Positions 39,877-50,543 of a stretch of 64,000 nucleotides of DNA are shown here, in pieces (the first letter of the stretch is position 1; every line of letters starts with the position of its first letter). The notes beneath the pieces were generated by a model. The model worked only from the letters and a program-made list of their open reading frames with translations, did not search any database and was not told where the DNA came from. Both the position numbers and the translations under genes were made by a program. Origin of the DNA: Promethearchaeota archaeon (GTDB lineage: Archaea > Asgardarchaeota > Lokiarchaeia > Sigyniarchaeales > SOKP01); contig JAUVXW010000007.1 of the NCBI GenBank assembly GCA_030603385.1, positions 64,001 through 128,000 on the forward strand, in the 5' to 3' direction.

Positions 39877-40006
39877 AGATTTGATTTTATTTATATTTTA
39901 TTTATGATATTAATCATACTCTTTAAAGTAATAAAATCCCTTCGATTAGTAAGATTTTATTGGTAAGAATTCTTTTTTGGTTTATTAATAAATCAAATTG
40001 TTCATT

Positions 40007-40759
40007 ATGGCTAACAATCTCTTATGGGACTTATTTGTAGTATTAATTGCATATATTTACGTACTTCTAACAATCCTTATACCATTAACTCTATATAAAA
40101 AAGAAAAAATTTCCAAATTCTCCGCACGTAAAGCAATTCACATGTTCACAGGATTAGCAATTTTAAGTTCACCGTTTTACTTTTGGCCATTTTGGCCAAC
40201 TATTATTGCAGGAACTCTAATGTTATTTGTTTATTTTAGTTCAAAAGAATCAAAAGTAAAACAATTAAAAGATTTATATGATGCAATATCTGAAGAACAA
40301 GAAGAAGGTTTAAAGAGAGCTTTTCTTCAAGGTCCGTTTTTTTACTGTCTTTCAATTACATCTTTAGTTTTTATTTTTGGGCTTGTTGCTCCTGATAACT
40401 TTTATTTTCCTATCGCTGGAATATTGATAATGATCGTTGCTGATACTCTAGCTTCAGTTATAGGAAAACGTTGGGGAAAGATAGGAATAAGTTTACCTTG
40501 GACAAATTCAAAGAGAACTCTTGAAGGATCCGTGACTTTCTTTGTGACTGCTTTTTTGGTTTGTTTTATAGCTTTTTTCTTATTTGGTTTACTAATTCCT
40601 ACTCTTCAAGAACCATTATCTCTTGCTGCTATCGTAATATTTTCTTTAATCACTAGTGCACTTGCAACAATAATTGAATTAATCTCTCCCAGCACTCTTG
40701 ACGATTTAACAGTTCCCTTAGGCAGTACATTAATTATATATTTGTTAACTCTGCTGTAA
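40007..40759 (+). CDS. CTP-dependent isoprenoid-alcohol (phytol/dolichol) kinase family membrane protein
   Basis: ARKAIHM, ADTLASVIGKRWG, KRTLEGS, E......DDLTVP. Confidence 0.85.
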   Translation: MANNLLWDLFVVLIAYIYVLLTILIPLTLYKKEKISKFSARKAIHMFTGLAILSSPFYFWPFWPTIIAGTLMLFVYFSSKESKVKQLKDLYDAISEEQEEGLKRAFLQGPFFYCLSITSLVFIFGLVAPDNFYFPIAGILIMIVADTLASVIGKRWGKIGISLPWTNSKRTLEGSVTFFVTAFLVCFIAFFLFGLLIPTLQEPLSLAAIVIFSLITSALATIIELISPSTLDDLTVPLGSTLIIYLLTLL

Positions 40760-40828
40760 TTTTTATAAAGCTTCTTTAATTTTATTAAAGTAATCATTAA
40801 AAAAAGTAAGGAATCAAACCTATCTGTC

Positions 40829-42223
40829 ATGGAAAACATACAAAAGTCGTTTGACGTTATTGTGGTTGGAGCTGGTACAGGAGGTACCACTGCTGCGAGG
40901 TTCATTGCTAAAAAAGGTTTAGAGGTATGTTTAATTGATAGAAAACCAAGGGATAGAATAGGGGATAAAATATGTGGCGATGCTGTAGGAAACGAAATTT
41001 TCGGTCTTTTAAACATTAACCACCCTAAAAGTGAGGAACTATCTTGCCATATTAAGGGGATAAAACTATATTCACCAAATCTTAAGAAATGTCTAACTTT
41101 AATTGATCCAAAACAAGCAGGATATATTGTTAATAGATTGGAATTTGGTCAACGATTATTAAACGAAGCTATTGATGTAGGAATAAAACAGTTTTTAGAT
41201 AAAACTATGGCTTTAGATTTAATATATAATAATGGTACTGTTAATGGTTTAAAAGTTAAATTAGAAAATGGAGAAAAAAGTGAATTAAAAGCAAAACTAG
41301 TAATTGATGCTAGTGGTTTTTATTCTCCTATAAGAAAAACTATAAAGAGTTCTCTAATTGAAAAAAATATCTCTAAAGAAGATAGTTTATTATGTTATCG
41401 AGAAATAATTAAATTTTCACCAAAAGATCAAGAAGTACAAGATCCTGAATATATATCAATTATTCTTGATCAAGAAAAGGCTCCAGGAGGATACATATGG
41501 TATTTTCCAAAAAATGAATCCTCGGTTAACATTGGATTAGGAGCTTTTATGGCATACAAAGGAAAAGTAAAAGATTTTTACCAAAGAAATGTGTTTCAAG
41601 AATATATCAAAGCATCAAAATTTGAAACCATTTCTTCTGGTGGTGGTGTGGTTCCAGTAAGAAGACCATTATGGTCTTGTGCCGATAATGGTATTATGTT
41701 TGTCGGGGATTCGGCTTGCCAAGTGAATCCTCTTCATGGAGGTGGAATTGATCCATCAATGAGAGCTGGATACTATGCAGCTAATTCAGCAGTTAGTGCT
41801 ATTGAAAAAGAAGATTATTCAATAAATATGTTATGGGATTATAATCATTCCGTTATGACTAGCTTTGGTGCTGAATTTGCTGCTTTAGATTTACTAAGAA
41901 TAGTTCTTCAACACCTCTCGAATGATGACATAAATTTTGGTTTAGAACGCGATTTACTTAGCGGAGAGGAAATCTTAGAAATATCATCTAAAGGCGGATT
42001 AAACTTATCCTTAGTAAATATGGCAATTAAAGCATTTAAAGGAATTTCCCGTCCAAATTTATTATTAGATTTAAATTATCTTAGAATAAAAATGAATGAA
42101 ATATATAGACTTTATAAAACTTTTCCAGAAAATATAGCTAAATTTCCGGAATGGAAGGAAGATGTTATTGGAATTTATGATAAAATAAAAAGAATGATTG
42201 TTAATACTAAAAAAAGCAAATAA
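40829..42223 (+). CDS. Geranylgeranyl reductase (digeranylgeranylglycerophospholipid reductase family)
   Basis: VVGAGTGG, K.CGDA, APGGYIWYFPK, GDSACQVNPLHGGGI. Confidence 0.9.
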   Translation: MENIQKSFDVIVVGAGTGGTTAARFIAKKGLEVCLIDRKPRDRIGDKICGDAVGNEIFGLLNINHPKSEELSCHIKGIKLYSPNLKKCLTLIDPKQAGYIVNRLEFGQRLLNEAIDVGIKQFLDKTMALDLIYNNGTVNGLKVKLENGEKSELKAKLVIDASGFYSPIRKTIKSSLIEKNISKEDSLLCYREIIKFSPKDQEVQDPEYISIILDQEKAPGGYIWYFPKNESSVNIGLGAFMAYKGKVKDFYQRNVFQEYIKASKFETISSGGGVVPVRRPLWSCADNGIMFVGDSACQVNPLHGGGIDPSMRAGYYAANSAVSAIEKEDYSINMLWDYNHSVMTSFGAEFAALDLLRIVLQHLSNDDINFGLERDLLSGEEILEISSKGGLNLSLVNMAIKAFKGISRPNLLLDLNYLRIKMNEIYRLYKTFPENIAKFPEWKEDVIGIYDKIKRMIVNTKKSK

Positions 42224-42242
42224 ATATAAAGATGTGATATAT

Positions 42243-43061
42243 ATGGTCGATATTGTAATTGATGAATATATTGAAAAAAGCACTTATGAATATGTCCTTA
42301 AGAAAATTAATAATGAGGGTGCTTTACATTTCTCCTTAATTGATCCAGACCCTTTAAGACAAAGTCCAATGAAAGCCGCAAAAATGGCTAAATATGCTGA
42401 AGAAGCTGGTACTGATGCCATTTTAATTGGGGGAAGTACCGTTTTTGATCAGGCTTTTGTGGATAAGACAATATTAGCAATAAAAGAGAGAGTTAATGTC
42501 CCTTTAATCATTTTTCCAGGAGGAATAAGTAATATTTCTCAACATGCAGATGCTATTTTCTTCATGTCTTTATTAAATTCGTTAGATCCTTATTTTATTA
42601 TAGGCCAACAAGCTTTAGCTTCATATACAATAAAATCCTCTAATCTAGAATCCATATCGATGGCTTATTTAATTGTAGAACCAGGTGCAAGTGCGGGATG
42701 GATTGGTAATGCCAAACTATTACCGAGAAATAAACCTAAATTAACCACCGCTTATGCTTTAGCAGCAGAAATGATTGGATTTAAAATTATTTATTTAGAA
42801 GCAGGTTCAGGCAGTGAAAGAATTCCAAAAGAACATATTGAAATGTGTTCTAAGATTCTAAATATCCCAATAATTGTAGGTGGAGGAGTTAGTAATAAAG
42901 ATGATGCAAGATGTTTAGTTGAAGCAGGAGCTGATGTAGTTGTAATGGGAACATTTCTTGAGAATAATCTTTTAAGAGATAACGGAACATCGTTAAAGGG
43001 TATCATAGAGGAAATAAAAAATGCTGGAAAAACACAAAAGAAGAATTATCTTATAAAGTGA
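42243..43061 (+). CDS. Geranylgeranylglyceryl phosphate synthase
   Basis: HFSLIDPD, DAILIGGS, FPG, MSLLNS, YLEAGSG, IVGGG; ATG at 42243 preferred. Confidence 0.93.
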   Translation: MVDIVIDEYIEKSTYEYVLKKINNEGALHFSLIDPDPLRQSPMKAAKMAKYAEEAGTDAILIGGSTVFDQAFVDKTILAIKERVNVPLIIFPGGISNISQHADAIFFMSLLNSLDPYFIIGQQALASYTIKSSNLESISMAYLIVEPGASAGWIGNAKLLPRNKPKLTTAYALAAEMIGFKIIYLEAGSGSERIPKEHIEMCSKILNIPIIVGGGVSNKDDARCLVEAGADVVVMGTFLENNLLRDNGTSLKGIIEEIKNAGKTQKKNYLIK

Positions 43062-43088
43062 AATTCTTGTTTCGGGAGGAATTAATAA

Positions 43089-43964
43089 ATGAAAGTTAAA
43101 GACGCAATTGAAATACTCCGACCTCTTAACTGTCTTATGGGAAGTTTAACTGTTATCATTGGAATTTTAAATACAAGAATTGGAATCAACACATCTACTC
43201 TTATATTTAATATAATTTTAGGTATTCTGACGTACTTTTTTTTAGCAGGTTCAGGAAATGTTATAAATGATTATTATGATGTAGAAATTGACAAAATAAA
43301 TCGCCCTGAAAGACCAATTCCAAGAGGGTCAATAACTTTAAAACAAGCTAAGACTATATGGATAACCACAGCTCTTGTTGGTATAGTTATAGTGATTCTT
43401 CATAGTTTTCTATTTAATATTGGTTATCTAAATATAATCATGGCAATATTTATGGTATTTATTGGATGGTTATATGCTGCTTGGGGTAAAAAGAGTGGAT
43501 TTATCGGAAATATAATTGTTAGTATATCATTTTCTATTGGACTTATCTACGGAGCCATCTTAAATAATTCGGATGTGCCTTTTTATATATATTTCTTCTT
43601 TTTAACGTCATTCTTCCTTTTGCTTTCTCGAGAAATTATTAAGGGGTGTGAGGATATTGAAGGTGACAAAAATGAAGGAGTTAAAACTCTAGCTATAAAG
43701 ATTGGTATCAAGAAATCTACAAAAATTTCTATGATTTTTGCAATTTTAGCAATAGCATTCTTTACATTACCTTATTTTACTAATATTCTAAATCCTATAT
43801 TCTTCTTAATTTCTATGGTTTTCGGTCTAGGAGTTGTTCTTTATGCTGTAATTATAATGGCAAAACGTAATTTAGTAAGAAAGCATTTTAAAAAAGTTAG
43901 TTTAATCTTAAAATTAGGTGCATACCTTGGATTAATTGCTTTCCTCTTTGCAAGTTTTTATTAA
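43089..43964 (+). CDS. Digeranylgeranylglyceryl phosphate synthase (UbiA family)
   Basis: RPLNC, NDYYD.EIDKINRPERPIPRG, REIIK..EDIEGD...GVKTLA. Confidence 0.92.
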   Translation: MKVKDAIEILRPLNCLMGSLTVIIGILNTRIGINTSTLIFNIILGILTYFFLAGSGNVINDYYDVEIDKINRPERPIPRGSITLKQAKTIWITTALVGIVIVILHSFLFNIGYLNIIMAIFMVFIGWLYAAWGKKSGFIGNIIVSISFSIGLIYGAILNNSDVPFYIYFFFLTSFFLLLSREIIKGCEDIEGDKNEGVKTLAIKIGIKKSTKISMIFAILAIAFFTLPYFTNILNPIFFLISMVFGLGVVLYAVIIMAKRNLVRKHFKKVSLILKLGAYLGLIAFLFASFY

Positions 43965-45371
43965 TTCTAATACTCTATCAAAATTCTTCTTTTTGATTAA
44001 ATTAAACAAATTTTCCTTAACCTCTTGATTTATTTTGTTATAGGGGTATGTTTGAATTAATTTTCTAGTCTGAGTTAAACCTAAATATTTTCTAGTATAC
44101 TCAGCTTTGGAATATTTATACGTTGTGAGAAATCCACTATCTAACTTCTCCCTAAAAGTTTCTAATACAAAATTAAAATAATCTCTTAACAACTTCTGTT
44201 CATTTGGTATGATAACAGGTTCAAAAAATATTTGAATTGGATGAGTTCTATAAGTATTACCAGAAACATAAATTCCATTCACATTAAAATCTTCTGAAAC
44301 TATTCCTAACCCAACTCTTCCATTATAAGAGCCTGTATCAACTGTTCGAACATATAATATATTAGATTCTACTATACTTTTCATTTTATCATTTATTTGA
44401 AGTTTTAATTTAATGTATTGATTATTACGATAGTCATTTGCATCAATAACGTCTAATTTATTATTTCCTTTATTATTCAACACATCTTTCTTTAATAGAT
44501 AATACTTAACTATTAACGGTTTTAAAGCCTGATATTCTTCAAGAAACTCATCAAATTCTGAACCCGCACGATAATTAAATTCTGGTTTAAGTATATAACT
44601 CTTCTCTACTATCTTATCTTTTTTTCTAATTTTTATTCCACTAAATTCTATGATTTCAGATTTAGGGATTGGTTTCTTCTTGAAAAACCCAATACAGATA
44701 TTAGTTCCAGTATATTCGAAAATTTTTGTTTCAAAGATAAACATCTTATTAATATTATAGTATTTTAATAAATCCAAACGAAATTTATTCGAAACTGAAG
44801 CCCCAAATAGAAAATTGGAAGGGATAATATATATTAAATTTTCAATATTATTTCTTAAATCATTTATCATAGCAATTTGATAAAGATCCTGATACCCTTC
44901 GTTCTTTCCTTTAAAAAGTTTTAAATACCCCTGAGTCTCTTTATGCTTTCTGATATACCCTAAATATAAATATGGAGGATTTGTGATATGATATAATGGC
45001 AAGTGTTCATTTTTTAAAAAGATAGGGAAACTTTCTAAATTATTTCGAAGTTTTATGTTGTTAGAAGCGACCTCTGAAGGGATTCCATAATTTTTCGCAT
45101 TTTCTATGCATTTATCTACCATTTCTGGGTGAATATCAAATAGAAAAATATGTTCTTCAAAAAATTTTATCCGATTTTCAGAAGGAATTAAGTTCAATAC
45201 TGGTAAAATTAAATTCCCTTCCCCTGCATACAAATCAATCCATCTAAATTTCCATAATTTTTCTTTTATTTCAGGATATATATAATTTAAGGAAATATCA
45301 CTTGAAGTTAAATGGATACCATAAGATCTTCTATACATATTTTCCTCAAGTTCGTTTTTAGTATTTCCCAT
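43932..45371 (-). CDS. Gamma-class N6-adenine DNA methyltransferase
   Basis: YGIHLT (X), IDLYAGEGNL (I), ITNPPY (IV), DLY, IIPSNFL, IFEYTGT. Confidence 0.82.
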   Translation of the reverse strand: MGNTKNELEENMYRRSYGIHLTSSDISLNYIYPEIKEKLWKFRWIDLYAGEGNLILPVLNLIPSENRIKFFEEHIFLFDIHPEMVDKCIENAKNYGIPSEVASNNIKLRNNLESFPIFLKNEHLPLYHITNPPYLYLGYIRKHKETQGYLKLFKGKNEGYQDLYQIAMINDLRNNIENLIYIIPSNFLFGASVSNKFRLDLLKYYNINKMFIFETKIFEYTGTNICIGFFKKKPIPKSEIIEFSGIKIRKKDKIVEKSYILKPEFNYRAGSEFDEFLEEYQALKPLIVKYYLLKKDVLNNKGNNKLDVIDANDYRNNQYIKLKLQINDKMKSIVESNILYVRTVDTGSYNGRVGLGIVSEDFNVNGIYVSGNTYRTHPIQIFFEPVIIPNEQKLLRDYFNFVLETFREKLDSGFLTTYKYSKAEYTRKYLGLTQTRKLIQTYPYNKINQEVKENLFNLIKKKNFDRVLELIKTCKEESN

Positions 45372-45485
45372 ATTTCAATATAAGCAGTACACATACTTCT
45401 TATTAATTTTATCAAATTTTTTCTTTTAGAAAACTAATATGATTCATTTGCTTGAAAAATAAAAAAGAAAAAAATAGAATTGAAC

Positions 45486-46535
45486 TTAAATTTTGTATTT
45501 CTGTAGCTTATAAATATTATAGAAATTTTCTATAGTTAAGAGAGCCATACCTGTAATCACTAAGGTCATTATAGCTCTAAAAGTACCATAAAATTCTGGT
45601 GCAACTCCTATATTTTGAAATGTATCAGAAGGCTCGTCAACTACAATTATTGGAAATATTTCTGGGCGCATCATCATAATTACTGCGATCGAGATTGAGC
45701 TTAATTTGACAATTATAGTTATAACATGAATAATTTGATGAGTGTTAATTTGCCTATTTCCTATTAATCCACGTGTCATATCAAGAAAACCTTCCGTTAT
45801 TACAAATAAACTTCCAAATCGCACCAATAATAGAAACTCTGGATCTATTAATTTACTCAGACCCGGAATAGGCTGAATAAATAGAAATAGACCGATTGTT
45901 ATAAGAATTACGCCACCTATAATTTCTCCAACAGGTTTGATAAATGGTTTTAATGGCTTACCATTTTTAGTTTCATATGCTAAATCCCTTTCCTTTGCGA
46001 ATTCAACTTGCTTTTCTTGCTCTTTGAGTGATTTCTTCGATTTAAAATCTTCAGGGAAATATCCTTGCATTGATAATGCGACGAATATAATAGTAATTAC
46101 TGCAAAAGCACCAAGAAGCCCTGCTTGTAACCCTGTAGCAAGACTTTCAACAACCTCCTCCGCACTTACATTTTCAAAAATAACATTGATTATCGGAGTA
46201 ATGATATTGATTGCGATTATAACCAAAAATCCAATTATCAATACCTTTATATAAAGTGGCCAGAGTTCTTCTGTTATATATATTTTTGGCGTTCCTCGTC
46301 GTTTATATTCTTTTGCGATATTCTCTGGTGTTCCCATATGATCAATTGCTACCTGAACTGTTTCTAAAGTGGGCTGACCTGTTTTTGATAATTCTTCTGC
46401 CTTACTCCAGATGTGATCTTCAAATTCAGCCAAAATTTCCTTATGTTCCTTCTTTTCTTTTAACCAATCAGGTAATTTTGTTTTTACATTTTTTAAAAAT
46501 TCTTTTATTAAGCTTTCCATCTCTTTTTCACTCAT
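45486..46535 (-). CDS. Membrane protein with N-terminal HAAS-like domain
   Basis: EIL.E..DHI...AIDHMGTPENIAKEY then multiple TM helices; overlaps padR stop. Confidence 0.78.
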   Translation of the reverse strand: MSEKEMESLIKEFLKNVKTKLPDWLKEKKEHKEILAEFEDHIWSKAEELSKTGQPTLETVQVAIDHMGTPENIAKEYKRRGTPKIYITEELWPLYIKVLIIGFLVIIAINIITPIINVIFENVSAEEVVESLATGLQAGLLGAFAVITIIFVALSMQGYFPEDFKSKKSLKEQEKQVEFAKERDLAYETKNGKPLKPFIKPVGEIIGGVILITIGLFLFIQPIPGLSKLIDPEFLLLVRFGSLFVITEGFLDMTRGLIGNRQINTHQIIHVITIIVKLSSISIAVIMMMRPEIFPIIVVDEPSDTFQNIGVAPEFYGTFRAIMTLVITGMALLTIENFYNIYKLQKYKI

Positions 46536-47080
46536 TTTCTTAAACCTCTTGTGTTTAATTCTTGTTCAATATTAAATCCACAAATTGTACAAAATTTTAA
46601 TTCTAAATTAGAAAGATCGATTTTATTAGCACACATAGGGCAGTATAGATATTTATCCTGCTTCAAATTAACTTTAACATCAAATAGCGGAGCAATAGCT
46701 TCAGTTAACTTCGAATAAAAACCTACTAGATGGTTAAAGACTCTTTCGCCATATTCAGTCATACTATAAAATTTCTTTTTTCTCCCTGTTTCTTCTCTTC
46801 GAGATTTTATTATTTTTTCTCCTTCAAGCTTTCTTAATATTGGATAGAGTGTTCCTTCTTCAATAATTAACATCTCATTTGTTTGGTTTGTCAAATCTTT
46901 CAGAATTTTATATCCATGGAGTTCCTTTTCTTCTGATCGCATAATAATTGATAAGATGCAAAGAGAACTAATACCTCGGTTAATTTCTGTTTCTTGTTTT
47001 TCAACGTATTCCCTAAACTCTTGTGATGCAATTAAAACGTTTGAACCGTATTCTTTTACTCGTTTAATAATCGCTATCAA
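46532..47080 (-). CDS. PadR-family transcriptional regulator with C-terminal Zn ribbon
   Basis: HGYKI, EGTLYPILRKLE, RKKKFYSMTEYG; CPMC...CTIC; start position uncertain. Confidence 0.9.
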   Translation of the reverse strand: MIAIIKRVKEYGSNVLIASQEFREYVEKQETEINRGISSLCILSIIMRSEEKELHGYKILKDLTNQTNEMLIIEEGTLYPILRKLEGEKIIKSRREETGRKKKFYSMTEYGERVFNHLVGFYSKLTEAIAPLFDVKVNLKQDKYLYCPMCANKIDLSNLELKFCTICGFNIEQELNTRGLRK

Positions 47081-47101
47081 CTCATTTTGTGTTTTTATAC
47101 A

Positions 47102-47143
47102 ATATAGTATTTTATGAATACTATATCACGTATAGTATATAAA
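47102..47143 (-). promoter_or_regulatory. Putative PadR operator (inverted repeats) next to TATA box
   Basis: ATATAGTATT-N5-AATACTATAT (47102-47126) and ATACTATA-N5-TATAGTAT (47118-47138); TTTATATA on minus strand at 47143-47136. Confidence 0.65.
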
Positions 47144-47314
47144 TCTTTAGATTTTTAATACAGATTGTTAACTTATTGAGATCAAAACAAATATATAGAT
47201 ATAATATATAAATTAAATAAGAAAAACGGGTTAAGAATAACCTATATTCCGTTTTAACGTTGGAATAACTTTATTACTGATTGGATATTAATAAAACTAG
47301 AATAGAGGAATAAA

Positions 47315-48118
47315 ATGAGCGAAAAAGAATCTCATTTGCAGCGATTTAATAAATTCTATGTTAATTTTGTGAATCCGAAATTCATGAAAGTTAAACAAAA
47401 CAGTAAAAAGTTTTATGATAAGATAACTGAACCGAAAATTGTCAAAATTTCAATTTATGTGAGTTTAGCCACATTTTTACCAGGAATAATAATAGGCTTG
47501 ATCGTTGCCATAAATTATGGTCACCTTCCATATAGTGTATGGTTAAATTATATAAGTGATTTAGGGGCATTAAAGCATACTCCAGCACCATATATTTTAG
47601 ATGTAACTTGCGCTCTATCAGCAATTTTCATTGTTCCTTTAATTTTAAATTTAAGTCGGTTATATAGTTCAAATATGAGTGAGAATATAGATAATTCTAA
47701 ACGTACCCATTATATAAATAAATTTAGAAGAATTTTTGGGTATATGGGTGTATCATTTCTTTTTGTAGGAGTATTCGGGATGTTTTTTGTGGGAATATTT
47801 AGTTTAGATCGTTCTCCATTAAATGCTCATTATTTCTTTTCCACATTAACATTCGGGGGTTTTACATTCGGTGCTTTTTTCACAGGATTAGCAATTGTGC
47901 TTAAGAAAAAATTATTTCCTAAAGCAATTGGCTATTTTATGATATTAGGACCATCAATAGCAAGCATAATCTTTTTAATATGTCCAGAACCATTAACAAG
48001 ACAGTTTCTTGAATGGATTATGCTGTTTAGTGCGCTTGGATGGTACTATATTATCGTTTTTATCACTTTACAGAAACTTAATTCCTTACTATTCTTCAAT
48101 CCTAACTTTAAATGGTAA
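47315..48118 (+). CDS. DUF998-like membrane protein
   Basis: YS...NYISDLG, VGIFS.D...H, EW motifs; about six TM helices. Confidence 0.7.
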   Translation: MSEKESHLQRFNKFYVNFVNPKFMKVKQNSKKFYDKITEPKIVKISIYVSLATFLPGIIIGLIVAINYGHLPYSVWLNYISDLGALKHTPAPYILDVTCALSAIFIVPLILNLSRLYSSNMSENIDNSKRTHYINKFRRIFGYMGVSFLFVGVFGMFFVGIFSLDRSPLNAHYFFSTLTFGGFTFGAFFTGLAIVLKKKLFPKAIGYFMILGPSIASIIFLICPEPLTRQFLEWIMLFSALGWYYIIVFITLQKLNSLLFFNPNFKW

Positions 48119-48204
48119 TGAATTTCTTTCTAGATTTTACTTTATAATCGTAATTTTTATTTTATTATGTTATATACCTAGTTAAAAGGAGTCACAAATA
48201 AACT

Positions 48205-49035
48205 ATGGAGCTATCAAATAGTTTAGAAAAGAAGTTAGACAATATAATTTCGTTTTTAAGAGGAAAAAAGGTATTAGTAGCTTTTTCTGGAGGAGTTGAT
48301 AGCTCATTATTAGCTTTTCTTTCAAGTAAATATGCTAAAGAAACACTACTTATAACTGAAAAATCGATTCTCTATCCTGATGATGAAATTGAAGAAGCTA
48401 GTCAATTTGCTATGAAACATGACATTCAACATGTAATTATTACAAGGGATCCATTGAAAAATATTGATTTTCAATGCAACCCTTCAAATCGTTGTTATCT
48501 CTGTAAGACTGGTTTATATAATGAGATTCTTGAAATAAAAAGTTCTAGAAATTTTGATGTAGTTTTGGATGGCTCTAATATGGATGATCTTTCAGATTTT
48601 AGGCCAGGTATGCAAGCTTTAAAAGAATTAGAAATTTCCACACCCTATATAGATAACAACATAATTAAAGAAGAAATTAGGGAGATTTCTAAATTTTATG
48701 ATTTAGATGTTCAAGCAAAGCCATCAATGGCTTGTTTTTCTTCTCGAATTCCATATGGGCAAGTGATAAATGAAGAAAAATTAATTATGATAAGAGAAGC
48801 AGAAAGATTCCTAAAGAATACTTTCAATGTAAAACAATTAAGGGTTAGGTTACATGAAAATAACCTTGGACGAATTGAATTCTTACCAGCTGATCTTCCC
48901 AAAGTTTTAACAAGAGAAAATATGATAACAATTAAAAATAAGTTAAAAAAGCTTGGATTTACTTATGTTACAGTAGATATTGAGGGTTTTCGCTCTGGTT
49001 CTATGAATGAAGCTCTAAATTTAGACAAAAACTAA
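48205..49035 (+). CDS. larE: LarE-family ATP-dependent sacrificial sulfur transferase
   Basis: VAFSGGVDS (PP-loop), RCYLCK, DGSNMDD..RPG, KPSMACFSSRIPYG, GFRSGSMN. Confidence 0.9.
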   Translation: MELSNSLEKKLDNIISFLRGKKVLVAFSGGVDSSLLAFLSSKYAKETLLITEKSILYPDDEIEEASQFAMKHDIQHVIITRDPLKNIDFQCNPSNRCYLCKTGLYNEILEIKSSRNFDVVLDGSNMDDLSDFRPGMQALKELEISTPYIDNNIIKEEIREISKFYDLDVQAKPSMACFSSRIPYGQVINEEKLIMIREAERFLKNTFNVKQLRVRLHENNLGRIEFLPADLPKVLTRENMITIKNKLKKLGFTYVTVDIEGFRSGSMNEALNLDKN

Positions 49036-49038
49036 GGT

Positions 49039-50439
49039 TTAGTTTTGCTTTTTTATAAATTCAATTATTCTATTTCGTTTATTTATTGCACTTAAAGCAG
49101 CATTTTCGATACTATTTTCCATTTCTTCCTTTAACTCTGGTATTTCTTCTCCTACTTTTTGTTTTATTTTTGTATATGCTGACTCTCGAAATCTAGGTAA
49201 AATACTTTCTTGCTTATCTTCGGTATACACCATTTTAACTTGACTTGAATCGTCAACATGACCTATCTCAGCACAATTAATATTTATTTGTCTTAAGTCT
49301 GAAATAATGTTATTGGACACTTCTTTAGAGCAATAAATAAGTAGTGCATCTAATGATACCCCTAAATAATCAACATTTACTTTTTTGAGTAATTTCAGAA
49401 CATTAGGATTAACAAGTTTTCTCACTTCTTGTTCGTAAATGGTTACCCCACAATTTGCCTCATAGTTTATTTCATAAAGATCTCCTCTAAGACCTCCGTT
49501 TGTTACATCACACATAGCATGAATTTCATCAAGATAATCAGAACGTAATATTTTTTCACAAGCTTCAAGAAATTTAATATTCAAAGTCTCCTTTACAACA
49601 TGATGATTACCTGAATATATTGCTGTTGTCGTTATTGTTCCCCCTCCTGCACCTTCTGTCATTAATATTTTATCCCCAACTTCAATATTCCTCCTAGCTA
49701 AAACTCGATTACAAATTCCAACAGCACTAACGCCCCCAACCAAGCGGTTTCCAATAACCATATCACCTCCAATACGTAGTGTTGAACCTGCGGTAATTGG
49801 AACTTTTGCTAATTCTGAAATTGCTGAAATCCCCGCCATAAAATCGAATAACTTTCCTACATCAGCATCATCACCTAGATGTGTATCAATCATAATCGAA
49901 ATCGGTTTTGCACCTTTAACGTATAAATCTCTAAGGCATGCTCGAGTTACATGGAATCCACATATAAACGGGAAATCACTTAAACGAGAATGGATGCCTT
50001 CCATTTTTGAAACGATGATTAAATTTTTCTCGTCAAATTGAGTGTTTTTAAATCCCTGAACATCTTGTAGACGAACTGCTCCTGCATCATCTAAAGATTT
50101 AGGTGATAGATATGCTTTAGATTCTGTTTCTGATAAATCGGCTATTAATTTATGAACAAAAAAATCTCCGGAGCCCCTACAACCTACACCTTGATTGCCA
50201 ACTGAAACATTAGCATTATTTATATCTAAAAGCTCTCTAATAAATTGGTTGGAAACTCTACTAATATCACTGTTATAGCATTCTTCTAATATAGCTTTAG
50301 CATAGTTTAATGCTGAGATATCATCTATTGCTTTGAAATCTTGATATTCTTGTACAATCCTTTCAAGAATTTTTCTCTCAGAATATCCTTTTTTTATTAA
50401 ATTTCTCGTCAATCCTTCTAAATCGCTCAAATTGTTCAA
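49039..50439 (-). CDS. AIR synthase-related (PurM superfamily) protein
   Basis: GVGCRGSGDFFVH, LDDAG, EGIHSRLSDFP, GSTLRIGGD, DVTNGGLRGD, PRFRESAYT. Confidence 0.82.
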   Translation of the reverse strand: MNNLSDLEGLTRNLIKKGYSERKILERIVQEYQDFKAIDDISALNYAKAILEECYNSDISRVSNQFIRELLDINNANVSVGNQGVGCRGSGDFFVHKLIADLSETESKAYLSPKSLDDAGAVRLQDVQGFKNTQFDEKNLIIVSKMEGIHSRLSDFPFICGFHVTRACLRDLYVKGAKPISIMIDTHLGDDADVGKLFDFMAGISAISELAKVPITAGSTLRIGGDMVIGNRLVGGVSAVGICNRVLARRNIEVGDKILMTEGAGGGTITTTAIYSGNHHVVKETLNIKFLEACEKILRSDYLDEIHAMCDVTNGGLRGDLYEINYEANCGVTIYEQEVRKLVNPNVLKLLKKVNVDYLGVSLDALLIYCSKEVSNNIISDLRQININCAEIGHVDDSSQVKMVYTEDKQESILPRFRESAYTKIKQKVGEEIPELKEEMENSIENAALSAINKRNRIIEFIKKQN

Positions 50440-50543
50440 ATCCTTCTAAATTATTAAAAACTATGAATAAAAGTATATAATATATTTAAATTATTTTGAA
50501 AATTCTTATTTATAGTTGAAAGTTCTTTTATAAAAAAAGTAAT

